Program-made: the position numbers and the translations under genes
Shown here: piece by piece, positions 1 through 10,570 of the stretch
Layout: each line of letters starts with the position of its first letter
How positions within the stretch are numbered: the stretch's first letter is position 1
From: an uncultured Chloroflexia bacterium
Lineage (GTDB): Bacteria > Chloroflexota > Limnocylindria > Limnocylindrales > CSP1-4
NCBI GenBank assembly: GCA_963752475.1
Contig: CAVVYR010000006.1
Span: 128,001-192,000, forward strand
Direction: 5' to 3'
DNA length: 64,000 nt
The notes under the pieces: model-generated
Told to the model about the DNA's origin: nothing
Databases searched by the model: none
The model's input: only the letters and a program-made list of their open reading frames with translations

Positions 1-2
1 CT

Positions 3-869
3 CGGTTGTGGGCCAAGCAAGGTTGCGACGTGCTGTAGTCCCAGGCCTTGGACGGACTCCTCCATCTCTCCCATCAGTGGGCCACCGCCGACGACCCGCA
101 ATGAGAGGTCCACCCCTGCTCGCGCAGCCTGTCCGACTGCCTCGAGGCCGTACCGGAAGCCCTTCTTCTCGACCATGCGTCCGATCATCAGCACGCTGAG
201 TGTCGATCCGGATGCCCGCGTCACGTTCTTCGGCCGCAGGGCGTTCGTGTCGATGCCTACCCGGTGGACGACAGTCCTATCTGCCGGCGCGCCAAGATCG
301 ATCAGGCGATCTTTGAAGTAGGCGCTGACCGGGAGGAAGCGAGAGCCAAGCTGGAAGAGGCGATCGTACTGTCCGTCTCCCAGCTCCCGTAGCTGTCTCG
401 TCAGGTCGAACCCATGAAACGTGGTCACCACTGGCGTGTCAGAACCAGTGAGTGCCAGCGCATCGACCACGCGAGCCCCAATCGGTCCGTAGTGACAGTG
501 GTAGAGGTCCTTCTTGCCCAACCGGCGCAGCCCGTTGATCATTTCGAGCAGCTCCCAGCGGCTTGCGCCGGAAGGACTATGCTCGCGCGCGACTCGGAAT
601 GCCAGTCTCGGTCGACTCCGCGCCAACGAGGTCTCGGCCGCCAGGAACGCGCCCTTGCGCGACAGCCAGCCACCGGGCGGGTCGTCGAGGTAGGTTACGT
701 CGACATCAGAAACGTCGACCAGGTCTTGGTCGCCGGCCTTGCTCGACGGGACAGGCCGCCGCGCGAGCACATGAACCTCGTGACCCAGGGCGCGCAGTCC
801 GAGTACGTGGTCGGAGATGAACGTCTCCGAGGTATTCGGGAAGTTGGCGGTGACGATCGCTACGCGCAC
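3..869 (-). CDS. GT4 glycosyltransferase (WcaL-like), 3'-partial
   Basis: Absent from the ORF track because it runs off the window. Manual translation from GTG at 869: MRVAIVTANFPNTSETFISDHVLGL...HCHYGPIG...VTTFHGFDL...MIGRMVEKKGFRYGLEA, typical GT-B/GT4 motifs. Confidence 0.85.
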   Translation of the reverse strand, partial: MRVAIVTANFPNTSETFISDHVLGLRALGHEVHVLARRPVPSSKAGDQDLVDVSDVDVTYLDDPPGGWLSRKGAFLAAETSLARSRPRLAFRVAREHSPSGASRWELLEMINGLRRLGKKDLYHCHYGPIGARVVDALALTGSDTPVVTTFHGFDLTRQLRELGDGQYDRLFQLGSRFLPVSAYFKDRLIDLGAPADRTVVHRVGIDTNALRPKNVTRASGSTLSVLMIGRMVEKKGFRYGLEAVGQAARAGVDLSLRVVGGGPLMGEMEESVQGLGLQHVATLLGPQP

Positions 870-1129
870 TGACCCAACACTGCCTCGACTTCTCCCTGCA
901 TGCTCCCGTATCCACATGCGCCTCGTTCCGCGCCTGAGCAACGGTGGCTTCTTCCACCGATCCGCGATTCGAGTTCCCCGCAGCGAGACTGAGTCTCCAA
1001 TCCGAGGACTCGTGCGCTCACTCTACTCGTTGCCGTTCCCGTCTACACGTGACCGTGAGCCAACGGTACCCCTGGCCCATCCGAACGTCAGCGTCCAAAG
1101 CGCACCAGACTTCATCTATCCTGCGGTTC

Positions 1130-2056
1130 GTGTCCCGCCCCCTCGTCTCGATCGTCACACCCACCCTCAACCAGGGCCGCTTCATCGAGCAGACGATCCG
1201 CTCGATCGAGGCCCAGACCTACGCCCACTACGAGCACATCATCGTGGACGGTGGCTCGAGCGACGAGACCCTCGAGATCCTGCGCCGCCATGAGGGCACC
1301 TACCCGATGCGCTGGACCTCGGGACCCGACGAGGGCATGTATGACGCGATCAACAAGGGCATGCGCCAGGCCAAGGGTGAGATCCTCGCCTACCTCAACA
1401 GCGATGACCTCTACTTCCCCTGGACGCTCGAGGTGGTGGTCGAGGCGTTCGGGCGGGATCGAGAGGCAGACCTCATCGTGGGAGACTGCCTTCGCCTCGA
1501 CTCCGACTCGGGATACCTGCTCTTTCAGCCGCCGCCATACCGCGACTGGCTGGTTCGGACTGGCTACCTCGCACAGCCGGCGGTCTTCTGGCGGCGAAGC
1601 GTCGCTGATGACCTCGGTGAATTCGACGCCGACCTCAGATACGTGGCCGACTGCGAGTTCTGGATGCGAGCGCTCCAGCACCATCGCCTGACTCAGGTTC
1701 ACGAGTTCCTGGCCGTCGATACGATCCAGCCGGGAGCATTGCGCTCCGAGTTGGGTGAGGCCGTCGTGGCCGAGACCGAGGTCGTCCGCGCGCGGTTCAC
1801 TGACCTCCACGGGCCCGGGCATCGAGCGCGGAGCTTGTTGAATAGGATCTGGGGTGCTCTCTGGCGACGGGCCTACTGGTTGCAGTTTCTCGTCCGACAG
1901 GGTGCTGGCACAAGAGCCAGGGGGTCGTGGGCTCACTGGTTGGCTGAGACCCAGCCGAGGATCTCAACGAGGGACGCCATCCTCGCCCAGGTTCCGGTGA
2001 TAGGTGATCGCTTTGCCTGGCGGGCGTTGCGCTCCGGGGGTCGGCCCGATGCGTAG
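1130..2056 (+). CDS. GT2 glycosyltransferase
   Basis: PLVSIVTPTLNQ, VDGGSSD, GMYDAINKG, YLNSDD motifs; GTG start 7 nt after TATCCT. Confidence 0.9.
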   Translation: MSRPLVSIVTPTLNQGRFIEQTIRSIEAQTYAHYEHIIVDGGSSDETLEILRRHEGTYPMRWTSGPDEGMYDAINKGMRQAKGEILAYLNSDDLYFPWTLEVVVEAFGRDREADLIVGDCLRLDSDSGYLLFQPPPYRDWLVRTGYLAQPAVFWRRSVADDLGEFDADLRYVADCEFWMRALQHHRLTQVHEFLAVDTIQPGALRSELGEAVVAETEVVRARFTDLHGPGHRARSLLNRIWGALWRRAYWLQFLVRQGAGTRARGSWAHWLAETQPRISTRDAILAQVPVIGDRFAWRALRSGGRPDA

Positions 2057-2789
2057 AGCATTGATCGACCTGGTGCACGTGCTCTCCCGTCGGCAGGGTG
2101 TCGACATCGTCCGCTATCAGCCCACGACGCACTACCTGGCGCGGCGCATGCAACTCCTTCGTTCCACGGGTGTCGATCTGGTGCTGGACGTCGGGGCCAA
2201 TGATGGTGAGTACGCAACCGAGCTTCGGCGTATCGGCTACCAGGGCCGGATGATCTCCTTCGAGCCTCTGCCTGACGCCGTAGAGAGGCTGAGGCAGCGC
2301 AGCGCCGACGATGATCGCTGGGATGTCCGGCCCGTCGCGCTTGGGGATGCGTCCGGTACGACCTCATTGAACGTAGCCGGCAATTCGGCTAGCAGTTCGC
2401 TCCTGACGATGCGGCCAGAGCATGAGCGGTATGCCCCGGGCACTGGAACGGTGGGCGTCGTCGAGATCGTTGTCGAGCGGCTCGACGACATCGCTGCCGA
2501 CGTGCTAGGCGAGGCGGCACGCCCCTTCGTCAAGATCGACACGCAAGGCTTCGAGCGTCGAGTGCTGGACGGGGCGGCTGCCACGATCAGCCGCGTCATG
2601 GGGTTGCAGGTCGAACTGTCGATCGTTCCGCTGTACGACGAGGCGCCACCGATGCTCGAGATGCTCGAGTACCTGGACGGCCTCGGTTTCGAGTTGATGG
2701 GACTCGAGCCGGGCTTCAGCGACTCGCAGAGCGGACGGCTGCTCCAGTTCGACGGCGTGTTCTACCGTCCGGCTGTCTTGGAGCAGTAA
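2049..2789 (+). CDS. FkbM-family methyltransferase
   Basis: VLDVGANDGEY, SFEP, KIDTQGFE motifs; overlaps the upstream stop. Confidence 0.9.
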   Translation: MRRALIDLVHVLSRRQGVDIVRYQPTTHYLARRMQLLRSTGVDLVLDVGANDGEYATELRRIGYQGRMISFEPLPDAVERLRQRSADDDRWDVRPVALGDASGTTSLNVAGNSASSSLLTMRPEHERYAPGTGTVGVVEIVVERLDDIAADVLGEAARPFVKIDTQGFERRVLDGAAATISRVMGLQVELSIVPLYDEAPPMLEMLEYLDGLGFELMGLEPGFSDSQSGRLLQFDGVFYRPAVLEQ

Positions 2790-2794
2790 CGTCT

Positions 2795-3727
2795 GTGTCC
2801 CGCCCCCTCGTCTCGATCGTGACACCGACCCTCAACCAGGGCGGATTCATCGAGCAGACCATCCGCTCGCTCAAGGCCCAGACCTACGCCCGATACGAGC
2901 ACATCGTGGTGGACGGCGGCTCCAGCGACGAGACCCACGACATCCTCCGCCGCCACGAGGGCACCTACCCGATGCGCTGGGTTCAGGACCCGACGAGGGC
3001 ATGTATGACGCGATCAACAAGGGCATGCGCCATGCAAAGGGTGACATCCTCGCCTACCTCAACAGCGATGACCTCTACTTCCCCTGGACGCTCGAGGTGG
3101 TAGTCGAGGCGTTCGGGCGGGACCGTAAGGCAGAGTTGGTGTATGGCGATGCGCTCGGCGTCTACGACGACACGGGCGCACAGGATCCGCGCTTCCAGCC
3201 TCGGTCCGTTTCGGATCCCTGCTTCGGGGAGGCTTCCTCGTACAGCCTGCGGTGTTCTGGCGGCGCGCGCTCCAGCAGCAGCTGGGGGCTTCGACCCCCA
3301 TTCAAGCTAGCCGGGGACTTGACTGGTGGCTCCGGGCCGGCCCAGACCGTCGGTACTGCCGGGTGGACGAGATGGTGGCGGTCGAACGAGACCACGCGGA
3401 CGCAAGCGCATGTCTCAATGGAGCCGGCTCCTGCTCAGAGTCGGAAGCCGCTCGAGTCGAGTCAAGCCGATGGGGCGCGCCCAGAAGACCGCCTTGTCGA
3501 CAGCCGAACGACTCCGTGGCTGGTGGTCAAGGCGACTGCTCTGGTGGCGGTTCTTGCGAGCCGCTCGTGACCCAAACGATGCCAACCGCCGCTGGGGGTC
3601 CTTCCTAGCGGCCGCATCGGTGACGGTCATTCCAGCACGGGCGTTGGTTCACCAGGTCCCTTGGATCGGGGTCCGCGCTGGCGGCGGCTCGATAACATCC
3701 GAAGTGGACTGGCTGGATCCGCGATGA
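2795..3727 (+). CDS. GT2 glycosyltransferase paralog (frameshifted)
   Basis: N-terminus nearly identical to the 1130 gene; continues through ORF pieces 2795-3103, 3001-, 3252- and 3326-3727. Confidence 0.75.
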
Positions 3728-4460
3728 GGCTTGAACGACATCGGCAGGACTGGGAGGAGCTCGCGGAACAGGATCCCCTCTGGGCGATCCTGTCAGACCC
3801 GGCGAAGGCTCACGGCGCGTGGGACATCGACGAGTTCTTCGCCACCGGCAGGGAGGAAATCGACCGGGTGATGGCGCAAGCCGACCGCCTTCGCCTTCCG
3901 AGACAGCATGGGCGAGCACTCGACTTCGGTAGCGGGTACGGCCGTCTAACGCGTGCCATCTCTGATCACTTCGACAGTACGGTCGGGGTGGATATCTCAG
4001 CTGAGATGGTTCGCGCGGCCAGCCGGCTGGGCGACGCCGATCGGACGATCGAGTTCGTGGTCAACGATCGTGACGATCTGTCCCTCTTCGGGCCATCCGA
4101 GTTCGACTTCGTCTACTCGAACATCGTGCTCCAGCATGTCCCGAACGCTGAGATGATCCCCCGGCGGTACGTCGCGGAGTTTGTGCGCGTCTTGACGCCG
4201 GGTGGTCTGGTCGTGTTCCAACTGCCCACCGAGATCCCGTTCCGCTATCGCCTGCAACCGCGGCGTCGCGCGTACACGGCCTGGGAAGGCGGTTCGGCGT
4301 GCCCCCGAAGGTCTTGCGCAACCGCCTGAACCTCCACCCGATCCGGATGTCTGGCGTTCGCGAGTCAACGGTGATCGGCACGCTCGAACAAGCTGGAGGC
4401 CGTGTTCTCGAGATCGATCGAGCCGAGATCGAAGGCTTCTGGATCCCGAGCAACACGTAA
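3724..4460 (+). CDS. Class I SAM-dependent methyltransferase (3' frameshift)
   Basis: ALDFGSGYGRL, GVDISAEM, FDFVYSNIVLQH, RVLTPGG motifs; 3' end approximate. Confidence 0.8.
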
Positions 4461-4485
4461 TCGGTTACGCGCGAGTGACGATCTC

Positions 4486-5686
4486 ATGAGGATCGGACTG
4501 CTCGACGAACTTCTGGTACGTGCGTGGCGGACTCGAGCGCGTGGTGCTTGCCGATGCCGAGGGGCTCAAGCGGCGCGGTCACGATGTGTTGCCCTTCTCC
4601 TCGGCCCATGGGCTGAACGAACAGACCGCAACGGGAAGGTACTTCCCACCGAGTGTCGATCATGGCGCACTTGGGTCCGGGATGAGCGTGCTGCAGCGCA
4701 GCCGCGCGGCCATCGACCTGTTCCACAATCGCAGGGCTGCCAGTGCGTTCGGGTTCATGGTCCAGCAGCAGCGGCCCAATCTCGCCCATCAGCACGGCCT
4801 GGCTCGCCAGTACCCGCCGAGCGTCCTGGAGCGGGCGAAGTCCCTGGGCTTGCCTACCGTCCTGACCCTCCACGATTACTCGCTCCGTTGCCCCTCGGGC
4901 GACCTCTCCCGAGCCGGCGCATCCGAGTCCATCGAAGTCTCTGTGCCGGACACCGATATGATCGCGCCATCCGGTTCGCCTGCGTCCAAGCCGTTGCCAG
5001 TGCGCTCGCAGCAGCGGAACTCCTTGTGACAGAGCCCTCCGACGATACGAGCGCTGTGTTGACGTATTCCTGACACCTAGCGAGTTCGTTGCCGCCCGCA
5101 TGCGTGAGGCAGGGCTGCCGGCCAACCGCCTGCGACTGATGCCCAATTCCGTCGAACCCACCGGGCCACACGATGGACCTGACGAGGGCTACGTCCTGGC
5201 ATTCGGCCGTCTGGTGGCGATTAAGGGCTTCGAGCTTGTCGTCGACCTAGCTCGGCGACGTCCCGATACACGGTTCGTCACGCGGCGATGGGCCTGAGCG
5301 ACCGCGTCTCGAGTCCGCGACTCGCGACCTCGGCAACGTCGAGTTCACGGGCTTCCTGGGTGGAGACGTGCTGCGGCCGCAGATTCGTGGAGCCCAGTCG
5401 TGCTCGTGCCCTCACCCTGGCCGGAGCCGTTCGGGATGGTCGTCCTGGAGGCGTGGCGGAGGGCCGGCCCGTGGTCGCCGCGCGATCCGGTGCGCTTGCC
5501 GAGTTGGTCGATGACGGGAACACGGGCTACACCTTCGATCGTGGGGACGTGACAGCAGCCGATGGCGCACTCGGTCGGCTGGTTGACGACGAAGCGCACG
5601 CCACAGCCTTGGGTCAGAACGGTCGTCGACTGGTGCACACCACGTACTCGTTCGAAGCACACCTCGACCGACTGGAGGCGCTCTAG
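4486..5686 (+). CDS. GT4 glycosyltransferase (multiply frameshifted)
   Basis: Fragments: MRIGLL, GGLERVV..RGHDV, TLHDYSLRCP, FGRLVAIKGF, GRPVVAARSGALAELVDDGNTG. Confidence 0.75.
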
Positions 5687-7329
5687 AGCACTCGCGCGGT
5701 AGCACCTCGAGTATCGCGACCGACGGTCCCAAGGCCGCGTCCAACGGTCGAAACGCTTAGCTTCTGGATAGGCCTCGATGACCGCGAGGTATGCCTCGGC
5801 CTCATCCTGGAGCGCAGGGCCTGCATCGCGGACGGACTGGGCCCACGTCACACTGACTGCGACGTAGTCGACGCCAGCAGCCTCGATAGCCTCGACGATC
5901 TCGCCGGGACTCATCGGCAACAGGTTCTCACCCATGCGCCCGAAATAGCCGTTGTCCGGGATTGGCCCTGTACTCTGACCCGGGATGAGATGACCCTCGC
6001 GTGCGACGAGGACATCGTAGTCGGCGATGCTCAGGTGCACGGTGTTGCTGTCGACCAGCACCGCCGAGCCGGCCGGTGTGTTCTGCTCCAGCCACTTCGT
6101 CGCCGACACGCGAGTATCGTCCGATGCCATTCGCGCGTCTGTGTTCTGGAGGGTGGGCACCGCCAGTGGAACAAGGATGAGCAGTGCCAGCAGCGTGCGA
6201 GCGAGCGCACCCAGGCGTCGCTTCCTAGACGGTCGAAGCGGGCCTCGAGGGCGGTCGCGCCATAGGCTATGCCGACCGCGACCACTGGAACCATCGGTGC
6301 CAGCCACCGGGCCCACCAGTGGGAGAGGACCGAGATGAAGAGCACGTATGCGATCGCGGTCACGGTCACGACTGCCGTTCGACGGCTGCGTAGCATCGCG
6401 ACGAGCCCTGCGATGCCCACGGTCGCGCCGAGCCATCCGAGTGCCGCAGGCAACGCCTCGAGGACATAGCGCCGGAGGTGCTCGATGATGCCGCCGCTCG
6501 TGGCGTGGATGTGTTGTCGTGCCACCTCGACCAGTACCCAGTAGACCGTTTCGAGCGGGTTGATGAACAGGTACGGAGCCGCTAGGAACGCAGCCAGGAG
6601 GCCGGCACAGGCTGCCGCTGTGAGCCACCTGAGGCCCTGTCGGGCGGTCGCCCGCCCTTCAGCGACGACCGCTCGCACACCGAGCAGGATCGGGACTGCA
6701 CCGATCACGGCCGGGTACTTGCTCACTGCGGCGAGGCCGAGGAAGACGCCGCTCCAAGCGAACAGGCGTCCACTGCCTTGGGTGATGGCGCGGAGCACTA
6801 TGAGCAGGAGTATGAGCAGGGCGAGGACTTGTGGCATGTCCCCTCGGGTCTCGGTGGAGAGTTCGAGGATCGGCCATGAGATCGCGATCGCCAGCGCAGC
6901 GACTCCGGCCCAGAGTTGCGAGGTCCGCGACTCTCGAGCGAGGGCATAGGTGGCGAGCACGACGAAGGTTCCTGCCAGCGCTGTCACGAGCCGCCCGAGC
7001 ATGAAGAAGTGCGTTCCGTCCGCGAGGTATGCGTCGCCGACATCTGCCCAGGCCTCGAAGGCTCCGACTGCGATACCGATCCAGCCGTACAAGGCGTACA
7101 ACGGGCTGAGCACGACGTACAGCGTCGCGGCAGGGAAGCCATGCCACTCGGGGTCCCAATCTCCGTCTTCGACCATCTCCCACGCAGCCGTGACGAAGAA
7201 CCGCTCATCGGCATTGAGCTCGTACGGGAGGCCGTAGGACAACGACGCGAGCCGGAGGGCCAGTGCGACGGCGGCGATGACCCAGAGCCACCATGGCGCA
7301 CCCCTAACCTCACGCGCGAACCGTCTCAT
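5683..7329 (-). CDS. GT-C fold membrane glycosyltransferase (ArnT/PMT-like), frameshifted
   Basis: ALALRL..YGLPYELNADE (DE motif), many TM helices, GLAAVSKY. The C-terminal extracytoplasmic part is in another frame after ~6230; 3' end approximate. Confidence 0.75.
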
Positions 7330-7424
7330 CGGTAGACCCTAGGTGCGGTTTGGTGACGTCGCGATAGGTTGATGGGGCCACTGGCGCCTAGCCGCATCGC
7401 GACGACCGCTACCATCAGCGCCAG

Positions 7425-8567
7425 ATGAGGATCGCGATCTTCGGGGCGCGAGGGGTGCCCGCCAAGTGGGGCGGCTTCGACACCTACGTGACCGAGCTGG
7501 CCCCGCGTCTGGTCGAGGCCGGCCACGACGTGACCCTCTTCACCATGCCCAAGTACACCGACCCGTCCGTAGGGAAGACGTTCGAGGGCGTGCGCATCGT
7601 CCGATTGCCCACGATCTACGGCAAGTTCACCGAGACCGTCCTGCACGAGCTCTTCAGCAGCCTCTACGCGCTGGTCCACCCGGGTCAGGACGTCTACTAC
7701 ATCCTGGGCTGTCGGACCGTCTGGGCATATCTGCCGCACAAGCTGCTGCGCCGCAAGCTGGTCATCCACACCGACGGCCTCGACTGGAAGCGTCGCAAGT
7801 GGGGCCGCGTCGCGACCGCCTACCTGAAGTTCAACTACTGGCTGGCGCGCAAGATCACCAGCCACCTCGTCTCCGACTCGAAGGAACTGCAGAAGCTTTA
7901 CCTCGAGGACTACAGCACCCCCAGTGCCTTCCTCACCTACGGCGCCCACGTCGAGCACGTCGAGGATGAGGCGGCGAATCGCGAGATCCTCGCGACCTAC
8001 GATGCCGAACCCGGCTCGTACTACCTCGTCGTCGCGCGCATGGAGCCGGAGAACAACGTCGACGTCATCGTCCGCGAGTTCGAGCGGTCGGACATCAAGG
8101 AGCCGCTTCTCGTCGTGGGTGGCGCAAACTACAGGAGCGCCTACCTCGAGCGTCTGCAGCAGACACAGGATCAGCGCATCCGCTTCCTCGGTCCGGTCTA
8201 CGAGCCCGGCCATCTGACCGCGCTGCATCTGGGTGCGAAGGCTTACCTCCACGGTCACGAGGTTGGCGGCACGAACCCGTCGCTGCTCACCGCCATGGGC
8301 TGCGGGAACCTCGTCCTTGCTCACGACGTCAGGTTCAACAGGGAGGTCCTGGCTGGGAACGGGCTCCTGTGGTCGAAGGACAAGGGCTCGCTCCTCGGTC
8401 AGCTTCAGCGTGTCGATCGGGACGGTGACGCACTGCGCGAAGAAGCCGCTACTGCTTGCCGTGAACGCATCGCTGAGTTCTACACCTGGGACAGGACCGC
8501 ATCCGACCATGAGCGATTCTTCGAGTTCGTCACCGGTAGTGGACCCGGTGTTCGAGTGCCACGCTGA
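7425..8567 (+). CDS. GT4 glycosyltransferase with DUF1972-like N-terminus
   Basis: MRIAIFGARGVPAKWGGFDT, HTDGLDWKRRKWG, VARMEPENN, HGHEVGGTNPSLL. Confidence 0.9.
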   Translation: MRIAIFGARGVPAKWGGFDTYVTELAPRLVEAGHDVTLFTMPKYTDPSVGKTFEGVRIVRLPTIYGKFTETVLHELFSSLYALVHPGQDVYYILGCRTVWAYLPHKLLRRKLVIHTDGLDWKRRKWGRVATAYLKFNYWLARKITSHLVSDSKELQKLYLEDYSTPSAFLTYGAHVEHVEDEAANREILATYDAEPGSYYLVVARMEPENNVDVIVREFERSDIKEPLLVVGGANYRSAYLERLQQTQDQRIRFLGPVYEPGHLTALHLGAKAYLHGHEVGGTNPSLLTAMGCGNLVLAHDVRFNREVLAGNGLLWSKDKGSLLGQLQRVDRDGDALREEAATACRERIAEFYTWDRTASDHERFFEFVTGSGPGVRVPR

Positions 8568-8574
8568 CGGTTCG

Positions 8575-10130
8575 CTACCTCGAGTTGGCTGCCTCGAGCT
8601 CCTCGATGCGCTGCGTCACGTCAGCGAAGTCGAACGCCCGTGAGGGTGTGGACGCCAGGACGACGTCTGGCTCCTCAGGGACATCGACGTCGAAGTAGCG
8701 GCGCAGCAACTCGGGGTAGGTGTTCACGGTCGTGATGTCGTCTCGGAGTGGCGGCTCACCCTCGGGCCCGGGGAGGTACATCGCATCGAGGATGCCGAAC
8801 TTGGCCAGCAGTTCCGAATCGGATGCCTGGTCCCAGTTCCAGCCGCTCGGTGGCTCATCGAGACCGATCCGGGAATGGTCCCTCGTCCGCCTGGAGGATG
8901 ATGATGGGCTGTTCGTCCTCAGGCCGATCCAGCAGGCGCGTCACCAGCCCCTGGAGTTGCCCGTTGGTGTAGGCCAGCTGCGACTCGTACGTCGCTGTCT
9001 CGGGATCATACGTTCCGTCCGCGAGGAAGACATACGGCTCATGCGGCAGGAGGATATGCGGCGAACACGTACTTGTGCGCGGGATCGTCGACGAGTGAGT
9101 CAAGGACCTCCCATTGGTACTCAGCCGTGTCCGCATGTCTCTGCTCCTCGGACACCCTCAGGATGGACAGGTAGGGCAGCAGCGTCGTCTTGTACAACAC
9201 GGTCCCGAAGTCCCGAACGGCGCCGTCGAGGCTGTACGACCTATCTGCGATGTCGGATCGCTCGGTCACATCGAACCAGGATCCGATGTGGGCGTACTCG
9301 TATCCGTGATCCTGCAACCACTGCCCGGCCGCGCTTCGTCGGATGCGTTGCGCGAGTGGGTTGAAGTGCTTGCTGGCAGGCCCAAGCTCCTCGGCATCGA
9401 GCAAGCCCATCCCGAGCGTCGAGGCCAGCGACAGGATCGTCTTCGCGTAGTTGGCGTTGGCTTCGTCAGCGACGTGGAAGCCCTGCTCCCGCAGCCGGTC
9501 GATGAACTCCGAGTTGTCGATGTCGCCATAGGCCCTCAGGCCGATCTCTGACCCGTAGCGATCGAGAACGATGTGGTAGATGTCGCGCTCCACCGTCGCG
9601 TACGGCCGTCGGTCGGAGCCGGCGCTTCGTGCTCCGGTAGGTTCGCGCCGCGGAACTCAGCTGCCACGCCATCTGCGGCCGCGGCGCCAGCCAGGATCAC
9701 CAGCGCGAGCGCGAACACGTTGAGCAGCAGCGTGACTTCGTGCAGGCGTCGGCCGATGCGAGTGGCCACCAGGATGGAGCACAGCACGAGCGCGCCACTG
9801 CCGACGGCGACGACGATGAGCACGCCAAGCGCATCGGCGACGATCGGAGCCGACACGTCGATCGCCGGTCCGAACAGCAGGACGACCACGACGACCGCCG
9901 AGACGATGATGCCGGCTCGCGCGATGTCGCGGATCAGCAGCGTCGAGCAGCACGAGCGCGCCCATCGAGACGCCCATCACGATGGCGAGCGGCACGATGA
10001 CCTCGCTGATGGACACCTCGTACCGGTTCTCCGCGTACAGTCGGACGACCGGATAGAGCGCCAGCAAGGGGGTGTGGAACGGGAACTCGGAGGCGGTCTT
10101 GCGCTGAACTGCCTCCACGTGGACGCCCAA
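8575..10130 (-). CDS. Membrane alkaline-phosphatase/sulfatase-superfamily protein (frameshifted)
   Basis: TM N-terminus, then DIYHIVLDRY, NYAKTILSLASTL, HILLPHEPY, IIILQADEG across frames; paralog of 11972-13441. Confidence 0.75.
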
Positions 10131-10381
10131 CGCTCAATCCTCGAGTCGAGGTCCGCGTGGTTCCGCGTTGGGCTCCCGCGTGACGCTCGTTGATGGTGCA
10201 GGCTGGGTCACGGGTCGGACCGTAGCACCGCCAGCGACGCGACTGCCGCAGGTATCGGTCCTACCCGCCCGCCTGACCATCGTCAAGGTCGAATCGGTGC
10301 GGTCTGGTGCTATCGTCGTTCGACATCAGCCAGCGCGGTGCTGGCGGATTCATCACGTACCCGCTCATCGGGGAGTCATCA

Positions 10382-10570
10382 ATGGAACTGGTCTTCGGAT
10401 ACATCGACCCAGGCTCGGGGAGCCTGATGATCCAGGCGCTCATCGCCGGCCTCGTGGCTGCACCGATCTTCTTCCGGCGCCACATCATGCGCGTGGTGCA
10501 CAAGATCCGCGGCGACGAGGTGCCGGCCCAGATGACCCCCGCGACGGACGACACCACCAAGGGTGACTGA
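10382..10570 (+). CDS. Small single-TM protein with YIDPGSGS motif
   Basis: GGGAG RBS; MELVFGYIDPGSGSLMIQALIAGLVAAPIFFRR (62 aa); overlaps the next gene's start. Confidence 0.75.
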   Translation: MELVFGYIDPGSGSLMIQALIAGLVAAPIFFRRHIMRVVHKIRGDEVPAQMTPATDDTTKGD

